A stretch of 63,963 nt of DNA, filler included, from Trypethelium eluteriae (GCA_051942245.1; 5 parts of 5 records of this genome joined end to end with filler, not necessarily neighbours in it); one strand, 5' to 3'; counted from the whole stretch's first letter, positions 1-13,352 are shown. Numbers and translations are program-made. The notes: a model not told the origin generated them from the letters alone.

Positions 1-644
1 GATTTGCGGAGGGTGGGTGGTTGGGATGGAGCTTGCTGCGGTTGGAGGAAGGAGGATGGGTTGGGGCGGTAGGCGAGGTCGTCGAGAGGGGCGCCACCGG
101 TGGTGTTGTCTGCGTCGCTGGAGGAAGAGTCGGACTCGGAGTCTTCCTCTTCTTCGGAGTTTTCGTCTGCTTCGTCGGATTGATCCTCGTCACCGTGTGC
201 TGTTCCGTTTGCTGATGGTTTTGGCTTAGAAGCGCCATTGGCTTTTTGTGCCTCCTGTCGAGCAGCATCATCTGCTGTACGTAGTACTTTGTCGACCTGG
301 TATTTCAGCCGCACTTCCAATGGACGAACCCCTCTTTCAAGGTAGACTCGCAACTCCACCAATTTTTTGACCGCCTCATCTTCTAGACTTTGATCTTGTG
401 TCTGAATATCATTTCTATCTGCTTTAGCCTTTCGTAACCGGGGTTTCGCAGTATTTCTGATCTTGTAGAGAATGAGGAACGCGATGTTCTGTAGGTAGGC
501 GAGCATGAGCTCATTTTTCACATCAAGTAATGAAATCCCGTGATGAAGAGGAAGAGTCTGCTCCGGCAGAATATCCGCAGCTGATGAGAGCGAGCTCGTC
601 AACTGAGATATTAGAGCCGGAAGAGAATTCTCTATTGCGGCCAT
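1..644 (-). CDS. LCP5: U3 snoRNP/SSU processome protein Lcp5 (Sas10/Utp3/C1D family); 3' end runs off the window
   Basis: Manual translation from ATG at 644: MAAIENSLPALISQLTSSLSS...HGISLLDVKNELMLAYLQNIAFLILYK...EAVKKLVELRVYLERGVRPLEVRLKYQVDKVLR...acidic tract...DDLAYRPNP, typical of fungal Lcp5. Missing from the ORF track because no stop lies in the window. Confidence 0.9.
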   Translation of the reverse strand, partial: MAAIENSLPALISQLTSSLSSAADILPEQTLPLHHGISLLDVKNELMLAYLQNIAFLILYKIRNTAKPRLRKAKADRNDIQTQDQSLEDEAVKKLVELRVYLERGVRPLEVRLKYQVDKVLRTADDAARQEAQKANGASKPKPSANGTAHGDEDQSDEADENSEEEEDSESDSSSSDADNTTGGAPLDDLAYRPNPSSFLQPQQAPSQPPTLRK

Positions 645-1209
645 TGTAGAGTGCTCTTCTTGCTCGAAAATGCCTGTGGTCCGAAATGAATTTCTCGTAG
701 GGACTTAGTTCACCAAATTTTCGGAGCCAATCAAGTTCAAGACATTTTCTGGTTCCATGCACAATAAGCAGAGATTTGCGATTTGATTGCGGCTTTGTTA
801 CGGGAAGTTGCCAGGATGATGAAGTGATTATGGTAGCATTGTGGCATTGATCGAATCTTCTGTGATGCTCGGGGATTGTTCGGTAAGCGACGGTTCATCG
901 TGACTGAGCCATGCATAAGCCACAGCCACAATTGAACGTCACGCTTTGTTTCCCCACGTTTCCAAGGTTTTCATCTTTAAGCCTTGTTTCTCACTCCTAG
1001 GCCAAATCACCACCACAACGAGACCTGCATCTTGTGACCCTCCTTTTAAGTCATTCTCATAGTCTGCGCACCTTCCTCAGTCAGGCCTGCCTCAGGAAAT
1101 CGTCTTGCGTAGCGCATCCCAGCCACGCCGGTACCAATCAGCAGACCTCAGATCGATTGGCACTTCATCGATATCCTCAACGCCTAACTTAGGCACACAT
1201 CGCACGGCC

Positions 1210-1730
1210 ATGGCGACAGACACCTGGCAAAGTGACTCAACTACCTCTTCGCAAAGCAGCAACAGTTCACGCTTTGACTTTCTCGATCGAAAAGACCGGC
1301 GTCGCATCATCGTCTACAAACGACATAAAGGCATCACTGTTCAATCGCAAGAGGATCTCTGCCAGGCGCTTGATAAAGGTATGTCTCCCCCTTCTTTACA
1401 GCGATCACTTTTATTTTGCGCTACTAACACGTTCATCATCGACCAGATCTCCATCTTCGCTGTTCTCGCAAGCCTCTCCCGCGCATATGCTCGCGCGTGG
1501 ACATCCGAACCGAAGATCTTTACAACGAGCCTGAAAAAACCGCCTATCAACACTATCCCAATTGTAAGGCTTCTCTTGCCTCAGTCGGACTTCCAATGGG
1601 GGTCTCAATGCGACGGATGCTATTTGGCGATTTCTCAGACCTTTACATCGTGAGCCCAGAGTCAAGCCCGACGAATAGCCAAGCGAGCAGTCTGCAGAAT
1701 AGCCGGGAGAATACAAGACCACTGGAATGA
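1210..1730 (+). CDS. Hypothetical ~150 aa protein, 2 exons (1210-1378, 1447-1730)
   Basis: ATG 1210; intron GTATGT(1379)...CTAAC...CAG(1446) joins the 1105 ORF frame to the 1497-1730 ORF frame. No recognisable domain. Confidence 0.55.
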
Positions 1731-2429
1731 GAAGACTGGTAACTGCACTATCTTCAGTTAGGAAGCATGGCGCGGACTATGTACGCATCTCACGTGGAGT
1801 TTAGGGTCAACGAGACACGCCTTTTGTAGTATGTATATTTCTTTAACTTTGATACTTGTTGCTTCAGGTTAGAAGTTTAGTCATGAATAGAGATTTTTCA
1901 AAGTCTTCATTCCCCCTACAAACTTACTCAGGGGAGGAAAAATAGACATGTAGTGCGAGGAATGCTTCTCTGAAGTATCTTTCTGGAGTTGTTCTCATCG
2001 GAATGCTGCATTACTTAATGTTACAACTACCCTGCTCATTCTTACCTCGCGTACCTTTATCGCCTCTCATTCAACTGGGGACGAAATTCAGATTCACAAA
2101 TTCCTAGCACAAGGTAGGCGTAACGCGATTAGATACGCAAATTGGCACAGACAAGCAGCCAGCATGAAAGAACACAATCTTAATTCCAAAATGCTTCTAT
2201 TCGTAGAAAATATACAGTAGATGTTTCATATCTCATGACAGCCAAAGAGCGCCGTGTCAAAACCTTTTCCCTATCCCCATGGATATCTTTGATTCAAGCC
2301 CACCCAGGCATGAAAACAACGGCAAGAAAACCCCAGCTCTTAAGTCCCTTTTCATAGCGCGACGACGCCCGCGCTCATAACGCGCGCGCATGACGAAAAT
2401 CAAAGCAACACCCAACCCCGTCTCTCTCG

Positions 2430-4454
2430 TTACCTTACCCCGAACTCGGGTTTCCTCGCCATATTCACCACAGGCGGCGGTCCATCCTCCAGCGGATACG
2501 GCAATCCCCCTTCATACCGCCGCCTCCTCCCCGCCTTATCATCCTCATCAATCGGCGTCTTCGGCGGCAACGGCGGCGGACTCTTCCTCTCACCCGTCGA
2601 CCGTCTCAGACTGACAGGACTCTCCCCAGGAAACGCCATGCTATCGCGATCACGCGGACTCAGCGCCGACACCGGCGCATTATCGCTGCGACTATATCGA
2701 TGCGAGGGATGTCTTGGCGGCGGCCGTGGCGGATCCGACGGCTGCGGAAAGTGCGGCAGGCGATCTGGGTTCTGTGAGCCGGGGAGGGTGTCCGGGTCGT
2801 TTGGGTCGACGGGCTGGGGGAGGGAGTAGTCTGGATTGTTGGGGTCGGAGTCCGGGACGATGCTGAATTTTTGGTCGGCGATGGAGGGGCGATGCAGGCT
2901 TTCGTACTGCTTGTACGCCGACGGGTGCCAGTCTGAACTCACGGGCCCGAAGTCGCCGGGGAGCTCGACGGCGTTGGGGTCGGCGGGGGGAACGTAGTTG
3001 TTCTGTTGCGGAGCGGCGGGTTTGACGTTGTGGCCGCTTTCCCAGGAGTAGCGCCAGCTGTTGCGGTCCCAGTCGATGTCATGGCCGTTTTTGAAGGCCT
3101 TGTCCCAGCGGACGTTCGCCTGGTGAATTCGGGCCATTTTTGCTGCGACTTCTTCGGTCATCTTGTCCACGTCGTGTTTGTCGAGGTATATGCTCGTACG
3201 CGTGCTGATATCTGCGAGGCGATTCCATTCATTCATTCCGAAGTCGCCAACCCCAACTTCGACATTGAAGCGGTAATAATCCTCGTTCTTGGTGTTACGT
3301 GCTCGGAGATGGTCGCGGAGCATATATCGGTGCGTTTGCTCGCAGCCATCGATCTTAGCAAGGAGTTTTTGTTTTGCTTCTGCAAGGTCATTCATGCCGA
3401 AAAGACGTGCCAGACTTGATTTCTCGTGTTCGTCAGAATTCGGCCGCCTCTTCCCTGTACCGATACTGACGAACACTCCAACGTCCCTACCGGGCCATTC
3501 GTTGAGCACAGCCTCGTCTAACACCTGGGGCGCGGGATTGTATTTGCCGTTGCCCTCATCTTTGAAAATACTCTGGCCAATTTGGATTTCCTTGAATGCA
3601 AGCCCGGTGGCCGACGTAGCACGGCCAGCCTCCCAAATTGTGCAGTGAGTTTCCGGGGCAGGCTCTCTGCGAGAGTCGTAGGATCGCAACAAGGCAGCCG
3701 GTGCATTCTGATCGATACCATCGCTTTTATAAACAGCCGTCACTGCCCTAAATGGAAAGTCAGTCATGGTTATGCTGGGCAATATCGATGAGCTTGCTTA
3801 CGTCTTGGTGCGGTTTTCCCTCGTATCATACAGAAGCGCATTCGGATTCCCCCATCTCGAAGCGCCCATTGGGGCACGGATGTTGATAGGATTCATGGAT
3901 ACCTGACTGTATCGGCTGGCGCTGCTTGCACTTCTCTGAACACGATCCGTCGCGCTTGGGGGGCTACCCGGGAGAGTCGGAGAGGCGGGTGACCTTATAT
4001 CCTGAGCATTTGCTAATGCGTCATTACCTTCATCCTCAAAAACTGTATGTTCTCGAACACAATCTTGAATCGCGTGCTCTAGTAAAGTCGCCTTGAACAT
4101 TGACGTCTTACTGTATCTGAGAATGAGGGCCATGGTCTTGTCCGATTCGAAGACAACCCTCGTCATTCTCACATACACATCTCTGCAGGTTTCGACATCG
4201 AGTCGTAACCGGCCTAGCATAATTGCTATTAGACCTCCAGTACCCGTTCCTACGATAAGATCGAAGTGGTCGCATGGTTTTGGTAGCTCACTCGGCTGCG
4301 GCGCTCTGTTATGGATTGCAACGTAAGCTTGGTGCATAAGCTTTCGAAGAATGATGAGCATAGAATAGCCCCGAACACCACCTCCGTCCAGCGAAAGAAT
4401 GCGCAACGGCGGTCCTTTGACCGTGTCTTTCCGCCGTAGTCCTGACGAGTCCAT
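2430..4454 (-). CDS. Patatin-like phospholipase-fold protein with Pro-rich C-tail, 2 exons (intron 3748-3801)
   Basis: LSLDGGGVRG oxyanion motif, FDLIVGTGTGG elbow, WEAGRATSA, FVSIGTG, YYRFNV; GTAAGC...CTGAC...TTTAG intron joins the two ORFs. Confidence 0.9.
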
Positions 4455-5706
4455 CGTGATATGAATATGTCAACTTGGCTGGCCCGCCAACCGTTGTATA
4501 CCTTCGAGCGCGGGTGCGCAGCAGCAAACGGCGACTATTCGGCTTCAAGCGTTCGAGGAGTCGGTAAACGGCGACGTAGGAAAAGCAGTATGAAAATTGG
4601 CGTTAGCTCGTGCCTTGCGTCCCAGAGAAGAAAACCCCTTGGTGCTGGGCGAGCTCGTAGAACCCGGCGTAGTGACCGAAAGTCCGCGGTGAATGCGATG
4701 GTGTTTAAAGCTCGTAGGCAAAGGCGCTGCAGTTTCGTAGTCGCATTTCTTCAAAGATTATGCAAGCACCCTTTCCACATTGGAGCCCTATATCGGCGAA
4801 GCGGCGAAGAACGACTGCCGGAAAGCGCGCGCCCGAATCGTTCATTCGTAAGTACCGGCAGTGGGATGATAACGGTTGGGGTTTAAGTCAAGTTCGGATG
4901 ATGTCAGGCTGAAGTGTGGCAGTGCAGACGTTTCGAATCGACTGCCACTTTTCTATTCGACGTTCGCGAGAAACGGCTAGGATCATGCCCACTATTGCCC
5001 GCGCGCCAGGGAAACAAGCTTGATTTTATGCCCTCTCAGCTTGCGTGTCTGTCGGGATCGCCAGTACTGCCCAGTGCCACGGACATAGTCTCTTCTTTGA
5101 GACACCAAGAGCTGTTCCCGGTATCGTGAGCATTGGGTGATTGCTTGCTGGCCGGGTGTCGTCCCAATATGGATCTATGCAGGAGATGGCAGCAGCTCTA
5201 TGAGACGGCAAGTTGTATGTGCATTTCGAAATCATGAGGCTGTCACCTCACTGTGGGCTCTGCCTTCACTGACAGCAATACTCCTGCCCATAGCCGTACC
5301 CATTAGCATCCCCTCCAATCTTGCTGCGCCACAGATTCAACTGGGCATCATCTTCTCAAGTTAGTAGCTACGTCAAGATTCCAATGTCTGCGCGGATTTT
5401 AGTACGAAATGTCGATTACCAAGGCAGAACTTCTGCTTGGATTCTCTACTACTCACCTGGGTTCGATAGCATAGGGAATGAATTGATGATCTGGGACATG
5501 GGTTCATCGACTTTGGTGAATAGAGGCTTGCGATCAATCCAGATGAATGCTTATTGAATTTTAGGCATAGGATACTAGCTAAAGCTATTGAGTAAAGTCA
5601 ACAAAAGATGACCAGCGGCATCATGGACAAAACTGGATAGCTTTCGGTATTATGCATTTCACTATCGACCTCCTCTTCCTATTAAACAGCCACTCCAAAC
5701 CTGAAT

Positions 5707-8700
5707 TCATTTGCAATTGGAGTTGGCGCCCCTTTCCACCAGGAGGTTGACCAGCTCCTCATAACCGCTATGAAGAGCAGCCTGCAACGCCGTACCATGA
5801 TGACCTCCTTTCGTACCAATATTAGAGCCATGCTGTAGAAGCAGCTCTACAATCTCCCGCCGGACTCCTGATGGTACGGGGTCTGAAAATTCCACATTCT
5901 CTTCAAGACCAAATTCGGTTTCGGAGTCAATTCCGGGATATGTCTCCTTAGTCGCAGCGGCTTGAAGAGCTGTTCCATAGTAACCCTCTTTATTGACGTC
6001 GGCCCCGTTGGCCAACAAGAGCTTTACGATGTCGAGTTCGCCCGCGGACGAGGCAATGTGCAACGCTGTTCCACGGGATCCACCGAGAGCATTTATATCA
6101 GCTCCGTGGTCAAGGACCCGCTTCACCACGGACTGATCTCCATACAGCGATGCTTTATACAATGCAGATTCTCCGTGACGATCCAAGCCATCAATTTTCG
6201 CGCCAGCTTCTTGTAGCAATTTGACAGAGTTCTCGTGGCCGTTCCTCAAGGCATGCCATAGGAGAGAATTATACCATGCCACTTCTGATGCGCTCTCACT
6301 CTTTTCAAGCATGAGTTTGAGGAATCCATACGAGCCGGTGCAAGCCGCAATACACATTGGTTGCCATTCATCCCATTCATCGCTTCCACCAGGTGATGGT
6401 ACGATATCAGCGCACCTGGCCAGCAGCAAAGTGAAGACACTATCGCGGTCAAACAAGATTGCTGCGGAAAGTGCACAACCAAATTGACCCCCTTTCAAAC
6501 TCACATTGGCTCCGTGGCTGATGAGCAAACGAACAATGTGCTCGTAGCCGTGCTTAGCAGCGGCCTGCAAGGCAGTACCGTGTTTGCCTGCTACCAAGTT
6601 CACATCCGCGCCTGCATGAAGGAGTCTCTCGACTATGTTTTCAGTACCCCCACGTGAAGCTGCTTGTAAGGCCGTGCCGTATACACCTCCTTGCGCATTG
6701 ACCTCAAGTGAGGAGGCGTAGCAAAGGAGCCGGGCAACAAGCGCCTCAAATCCTAGGTAGGCAGCATAATACAGTAGCGACGCTTGAGGCTTCCGAGCGT
6801 CGAAAGGAAGGTAACCCAAAGGCTGGTCGAGGACACTGATCCCATGGGCACTAGTAAGCCACAAGTCTGAAGTGAGTCGGTGCATGAGCATGTCAACCAT
6901 CTGAGTACTGTTTTGATCGGCACTCCGTCTGTAATGGTCATGCCAATTCTCACAAGCATATTTAATCAATGGGAATGTACTGAAATCACGGTCCCATGAA
7001 AGACGACGAGGCGACTCTGCGTAGTATGTGATATACGCGATGCAACTCCTTACAATGAAGGAATTTGCTAAGCCAGCCTGAATGGAGAACGCAGCCGCCT
7101 TTCCCCGAGTAATTCCTTCTGAAACCAGGAATTCCTTTACAGAAAAATGAGCAAGTCGTATAGTCCCGGGGTTTCGCTTTCCCCTTGAGAGGGCGCTTGA
7201 GTCCGGCTTAGTCGAATCCCATTCCGCCGTCCATTTCGAGTCAGATCTTCTCCGCATGCCGGTTACTGTTACAAGGCTTGGTAATAAGTCGGACAGCTGC
7301 TCCCAATGGAACCTTTTCCGTTCATTCACCTGCGTCTCCGCCTCTGGATCAACAATACAAGCTTCAGCAAGTTCGAAGGGTTCGATTGGCCGAGCTGAGA
7401 AGGCCAACCATTGCAAGGCTGTAAAAGCCTCTCTTTGACTCTCGAGTCCGTTCAGAATACGATTGTAAGTTTCGTCGAGTGTTGCAGGCAAAGTACTAAG
7501 GGCATATTGAACACTGTCAGGACTGAAAACTCTCAGTCTCTTGATAGCCTCCATTTGGCAGAACGCCCACCGGAACCTACACATCACGAGTTAGTCCTCA
7601 TTGACCTGGGAGCGGCAAGTTGTAGGTGCTTACATCCCCTCGGCTCCATTTGTCAGAGTACGTCTAATTTCCTCCTTTATGGTGCTATCCAAACGTTTAA
7701 GTTTCCAGTCTTTTTCAATTTGATTCGTGACGTAAGTCTGCACATCACCAGAGTTGCTCCGCTTCGTGATGGTCAGCGACGGCCAGCGTACCGATGACCC
7801 TTCAGGAAGGAAAAGATTTTGAATCTCGGGTTCGTTGCGACTCGTAACCAGGGTATGAAGATGAGTCATATTCAAGGAAGATAGATCATCAAGCCAATGC
7901 AGCATATCTTCCCAATCTCCACGGCCAGTCTCGTTACGGCATTCGTCCAAAGCGTCGATGACCAAGTAGACATTGGCAAAATCCTTCATTACAAGCTTGA
8001 GACATTCATCGAGTTCATCCACTGGAGCTGCCAGAGGTCTATATGCCTTGAATAGACCCTGTAAGCAGAGGGGGATCTGTCGGCGACTATGACAAAGCTG
8101 TCCGAGTAATGTCCTAAGAAAGCTTGCATATTCCTGCTTCTGCGAATCGGTGAAAGAAAAGTAGAAGGACAACAGCACAGAGTTCGGCTGTGATTTGACA
8201 TATCCCACTAAGTCTTCGATGATCGCGGACCTAAAGTCAATCATTATTATAGGCCTTGGGTTTCCGATATTGAACGCATTGGGCAAAAGTATTCCAGCTA
8301 GTCTTCGGCATTCTGAGGCGTTTCCACTTACGCTAGGATCGTCTTTCCACATCCAGCTAGAAAATCGTCAGCCTCTGTTTCTTATCTTGTGAAGACCGAT
8401 CTGAAGAGTAAGACAGCTAGGGCCATCTTGTCCTTTCAAATTACTCACGATTGCCATTCACCCAGAGAAAAGATTTTGGAGCAGTCTTCCACGCCTCATA
8501 TGGACGTCCTTCAAGGAACCAATTCCCCGTTTCTGGTTCGTGTCTTTTTCTAGCCGCTCTATGATCGGGCATAAAGTCAATTGGGCGAAGCCAATCCACC
8601 ACAGATGAGTAAATCTGATCTGTCTGAGCATCCTCCGTTCTCTGCTCTGCAGTATTAATGCTTTGCTGAATATTCTGGGCACTCGTCGAAAGGCCCGTAA

Positions 8701-9304
8701 TAATCGTTCTTGAATCGTCTACAGTCCTGGAAACATTCGAGATGCTATCTCCCACCCCTGATATCGCAGTCGAGATGTTCTGAATGTCTCCCCCAAGGGA
8801 ATTACGGTCAGTTCGTATTGCCTCAAAGTTGAGAGTTAGACCATCCAGAGTATCAAGAATCCTGCTTTGAGTATCTAGTCCAACTGTTTCTATTGCCAAA
8901 CTGAGGTTCCCTCGAAAGTCTTGCACAATCTCTCTTAACTTTATCAACGTGCTCTTTTTGAAGGGGTACAGTGCTCTCATGACGTGTTTGTGAGCCTTTT
9001 TCTTTGGCGTCGCCTGTGGTTCATTGGGTCCGAATTTGTCTAGTTCCGCTTTAAGATCATTCGCAAGTCCCTCGCAAGAAGCAATACTTTTGATGACGAG
9101 CGCTAGGACGTTGGTGTTGAGTTGCGGGCCCGGCGGATTGATCATGCCATGAAGTGCCACAAGGATTCCATGCAGGTCATCGACACAGGCAGTAGTCACA
9201 GCTACTACCTCATCCTGTTCGCGGTAAGACCGATAATAGCCAATAACCCCCTGACAACACTGTATCCCCAACGAAGCGACGCCAACGGCAGTCCCAGGGT
9301 CCAT
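5707..9304 (-). CDS. Fungal NLR-like STAND protein: HeLo-like N-terminal domain, NACHT NTPase, winged helix, ankyrin repeats; exons 9304-8449, 8356-8332, 8230-7634, 7576-5707
   Basis: N-terminus MDPGTAVGVASLGIQCCQG; spliced Walker A LWVNGNPGCGKTILASAII; Walker B YLVIDALDEC; VTSRNE, GMFRWAFCQ, LPATLDETY, LAHFSVKEFL; repeated GTALQAA ankyrin units; canonical splice sites at three introns. Confidence 0.9.
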
Positions 9305-10747
9305 AGGCCGTTAAATGAAGAATTGGAAGGAATGTAGCCAAAACAATGTTGGGAAAGACTGGATGGTAACCGAGCTCACATACACATTGACACGACTTTT
9401 GAGAATGCTTCAATAGATTGCCACGTCATATGCAGAGCTGATGAGGTCGAAAGATGAAAAGAAGGCTTTAAGAAAACATGACGAGATGTTTTAGAAACAT
9501 AAGGCTTGCGGGTGGCGAAGTCGGAAAGGTAGGCAACATCAGCTCCAGCCTTGTCGTCTCTGGAAGCGAGTTGCACATGATAGGCTCACAAGGATCTCAG
9601 CGCTAACATGAGCCAATGCAATCAGACCTTCCTAGTTCTGGTCCTTTATGCAAGATAGGATGAAATGATTGGAGGTAAAAGCAAACACAAAGTGTCAAGG
9701 GATCATGCGCGCGCCCGTGGCGGCAGCATTTTGACGGTGAGGTATAATTTCGTAGACCTGATCATGGGACGAGGAGCGACTGAGGTCATGTTTTTCTCGG
9801 TAGTGTGCTCTACATAGAATACCTCCATTATCCAATTCTTAGCTAGGGATCTTTCAAATCGACCCCATGCGAATCAGATATCGAAAAGTTAGAAGCGAGA
9901 TGATGCTCGAGATAACTTCTTTTCGACGACCTTTGGTTTGTGGAAGGCGGCAAAGGTCTCAGTCAAATCCCTCCTCACCCCTGTTTCAGCAGTTCGAAGA
10001 GGACTAGTTGCCGCTCGAGCCTCGAGCTCAACTGTGCCACTGCGCTCCCACACGTTGCATAGAGTAAGCTAGATATCCGCTGTCGTAACCCTCACAACTA
10101 ATGAGCTCACCAGGGCGAAGCGAAGTAGGACCTTTAAGTAGGTAAGTTGTTTTCAGACAAGGAGGTAACGTGACCAATCTTCCTTCAACGTCCTTCTGGT
10201 GGTTATTATCCGACGTATTGTAATCATTGAGATGGCTTTTACCAACAGGGAGTATTATGTCAAAAACCTACTGGAGTGAGATGTCTTGACTGAGTCGGTT
10301 GCAAGTGGCCTTTATTATGTCTTTATCTCTCTGCCGGCCCCTCTCAGCCCTCTTTGAAGGACTTCAGCATGCATATCGAGAGTGTCCAAATACCCTTGAT
10401 CGACTGTCGCTTTGTCCTTGATAATAGTCCGAAGAAATTCGTTGTATTGCTAATTTCCTGTTTGCATCATTAACTTCCCTGCAATTCAGTGCAATCGTGT
10501 GGAGTTTATTGGTTGTGATTCAAGATGTGTCAAAGACATGCCTTGGAGATCACAAAAATTTCGGGAAAATTTCAGTGAATCTATCAGAACCAGCCTGTAC
10601 TGCAAAATCACAGTAAGCTCGTTCTTCACACCACGGTCAAGGTTACAAATGAATCCTTCTAATGGATCATGGACTTCCCCATTTCTTACTGCATCCCCGA
10701 CTTGCAAACATACAGATTTGCAGATACTCATGCGAACGAACAGCGCT

Positions 10748-12316
10748 ATGAATCGCTCTCGTCTTCCACAAGAAATCATCGACCAGATCCTCTTCTATCT
10801 TGCACCAGAGCAGTTGTATGGAGATCCTTGTGGCTCAAGGAAAAGCATTTTAAACGCGGCCACAATCTCGGAGGAATCGTACAGCGAAGCCGAGAGAATC
10901 CTAAGGCGAGACGTCGTTATGACCATTCTACGTAATGGAACCTTTGTCTTTGGCAAGGAATTGGTTCCAGACCGAGTCCGTAGCTTAACGCTGGAGATCC
11001 AGCCCTGGTCAACTTGGGGTGCCTCCTCCCCTGGCCTTCTTGGTTCGTTCGAAGCACTTTTCATCCAAGAACTTCAATGGTTTCGTGAGCACCAACAGCC
11101 GACGACCGATTCTTACAAAGACGTGGACTGGATGACAAGAGATGGTATCGATCTTGCTTATTTCATGCCGGTTATGGAATCACCAAGCTCGGAGTACCAG
11201 AGGTTCCTGCAGAGGTATTCACTTAAGTCATTCTTGGACACGGCGATTGAATCGTGCTGCCGCCGTGCGAGGGTTCTTCCTGAAAGCATAACCTTGAATG
11301 CTATTGGGTGCTGGACTAATGGCGCAGAGTCAAGTCTCTTGGCTCTCGTTGCAGACGACGAACGAGATGATATTGTTAAGATCGGGAGGGAGCTAAGCCA
11401 AGCAATCGCGCATCACGTACTGAGGAAGTACTTGAGCGCTGAGAGCCCCGACTGTGAAGCTATCAAGTTCTCACAGTTCCCCGTTACGGGGGCCCGTTGC
11501 AGAACTTTTGAAGGCTTGATGCCAATATACCTCAGCAAATCACCGACTGGTCTCAAGCGGCTGCACGTAGAATTCTGCTTTCAGGATTATCGAGATGCGA
11601 GCAAGCGAGTCTACAGAGCAACGATGAAGAAATGCCGGGCCGCCCTATTGGCAATCACATACCCGATATGTCTTCAGCTTACTCTGATGAATAGTCCTGA
11701 GACGCCGAATAGTCGGCCATATCTTTTAGACTACCTTTTCGATGATTTCAAGCCCAATTTGCTAAAGGAGCTTGCGCTACAGGGTTGGTATCTTACCATG
11801 TCTACCCTACGTTCAATCGTGGACGTCAGCCATTTAAGCAGACTCTCGCTCGAGGGAGTCACCTTCTTCGCTGCGACCGAGTCTGCAGCTATGGATTCCC
11901 TCTGTCTCGCCAAACGGTACTCTGAAAACCAGGATATCTCAATAAATCTAGTCGAAGTCAGCACGTGCATGCACAACGGACGGTTTCGTGCGGCGCCTTC
12001 TCGACTCTCTATTGACGCTATACATTTCATCAAGGAAACGATCTCCTCCGCTCCTCGACAGGAGTGGGCGAGAAGGCGTCATGAATACGTCCAACGGTTC
12101 CCAATCGCCATCAGAAAGGGTAAATCGCCTGTCGCAACATCAGCGTGGTACGGGAACTTGCAAAGCATATGGAAGCGTACTGTGGCCACCTGTCCAGGCT
12201 GCCTGAGGAACCACTTCCCAAGTCTTGAGGCTCTTGTGAATCACTTTAGAATCGACCACGGGTACAAGTTGAATATGGAGGAGCTATCGACCTATGCGGC
12301 GGCATTCTGTGACTGA
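10748..12316 (+). CDS. Hypothetical protein with N-terminal F-box-like motif and C-terminal C2H2-type finger
   Basis: Long single ORF (10499-12316); likely start MNRSRLPQEIIDQILFYL (F-box-like LPxEI); C-terminal CPGC-x13-H-x4-H. Start codon uncertain (10649 also possible). Confidence 0.6.
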   Translation: MNRSRLPQEIIDQILFYLAPEQLYGDPCGSRKSILNAATISEESYSEAERILRRDVVMTILRNGTFVFGKELVPDRVRSLTLEIQPWSTWGASSPGLLGSFEALFIQELQWFREHQQPTTDSYKDVDWMTRDGIDLAYFMPVMESPSSEYQRFLQRYSLKSFLDTAIESCCRRARVLPESITLNAIGCWTNGAESSLLALVADDERDDIVKIGRELSQAIAHHVLRKYLSAESPDCEAIKFSQFPVTGARCRTFEGLMPIYLSKSPTGLKRLHVEFCFQDYRDASKRVYRATMKKCRAALLAITYPICLQLTLMNSPETPNSRPYLLDYLFDDFKPNLLKELALQGWYLTMSTLRSIVDVSHLSRLSLEGVTFFAATESAAMDSLCLAKRYSENQDISINLVEVSTCMHNGRFRAAPSRLSIDAIHFIKETISSAPRQEWARRRHEYVQRFPIAIRKGKSPVATSAWYGNLQSIWKRTVATCPGCLRNHFPSLEALVNHFRIDHGYKLNMEELSTYAAAFCD

Positions 12317-13352
12317 ACTGCGCCAATGAGGACTGGTATCATTCTTAGAAGCGGATAGCCTAGTCTGGAGGGATGAAAAGAACAAAACGATACACTGAAA
12401 ACCAGGGATGCCCTATTTGCAATCATTTGGTATTGCCGAACAAGTGCAATCCGTGCATGACTCGAGAGTCTTTGGTAGATTTCGGCGTGACCGAGGAGTC
12501 AGCCATTACTCGGTATTTCGCAAGCAGATATCTGCAAGGGTTCCGTAGAACGTCTTAGATTAGCCAATAAGCATAATAGTTATCTAATTTCACAGGCTCA
12601 GCCCTGCACCTCCCAAGGCAGACTCACAGTCTACGAAGCCTAGCTCCCGACTGATTCGGGCCTTCCTAATGTTTCGGATTTTGGCCATATACATGTGAAC
12701 CTTGCCTGTCGTTCCCTCCGTGTCCTTACAGCAGCCTGGCGCCCAGGTTAATGCATTGGGACTATTGAAGCGAGGCTGGTGCTAATTAGCACAACCATCG
12801 TGACTTAAGCCCAAGGATAGAGTCTTTCGATATAGCTCATTCAGCTAAGATCCAAAATGCAAGGTCTCATTCCGCAGCCTGCCGGGCAGACGGCCGACGC
12901 CAGCGACGACCCGCAGCTTAAGATGGTTGAGATGACCTCGAAGTGAAATTGACTCGATGTGTTCTCATGTCTGGCTATTTGGGTTAGCTCCTCGGCGTAC
13001 ACACTTGCATATAATCAGCGGCGCCATGTAGAAAACCCCCGGTGCTTAGATTTTCCTATAGTGGTATCATTTCGCCATAAATCCTAATAGAGTACATTGT
13101 GCATAATCTCGGTCGTAACTTCGGAATCGCTCTCCCACATAGCCATGCTCGTAAGGTATTCCTGAGGGAAACCTGCCCAAAACGAGGATCTAGCACCAGC
13201 CTTCGAGTCTGAATCAATGGCCATACGCCGATTCCGATGTCAAGTGATCTCATCCACTCTTCCAGCCAGCAAACAACTTCACCCTCTCCTCACTTCTCTA
13301 CTGACCCCCTTTCCCCTCAAAGTAAAACCTCCCAAGCCCGGCTTTCCCCGCC

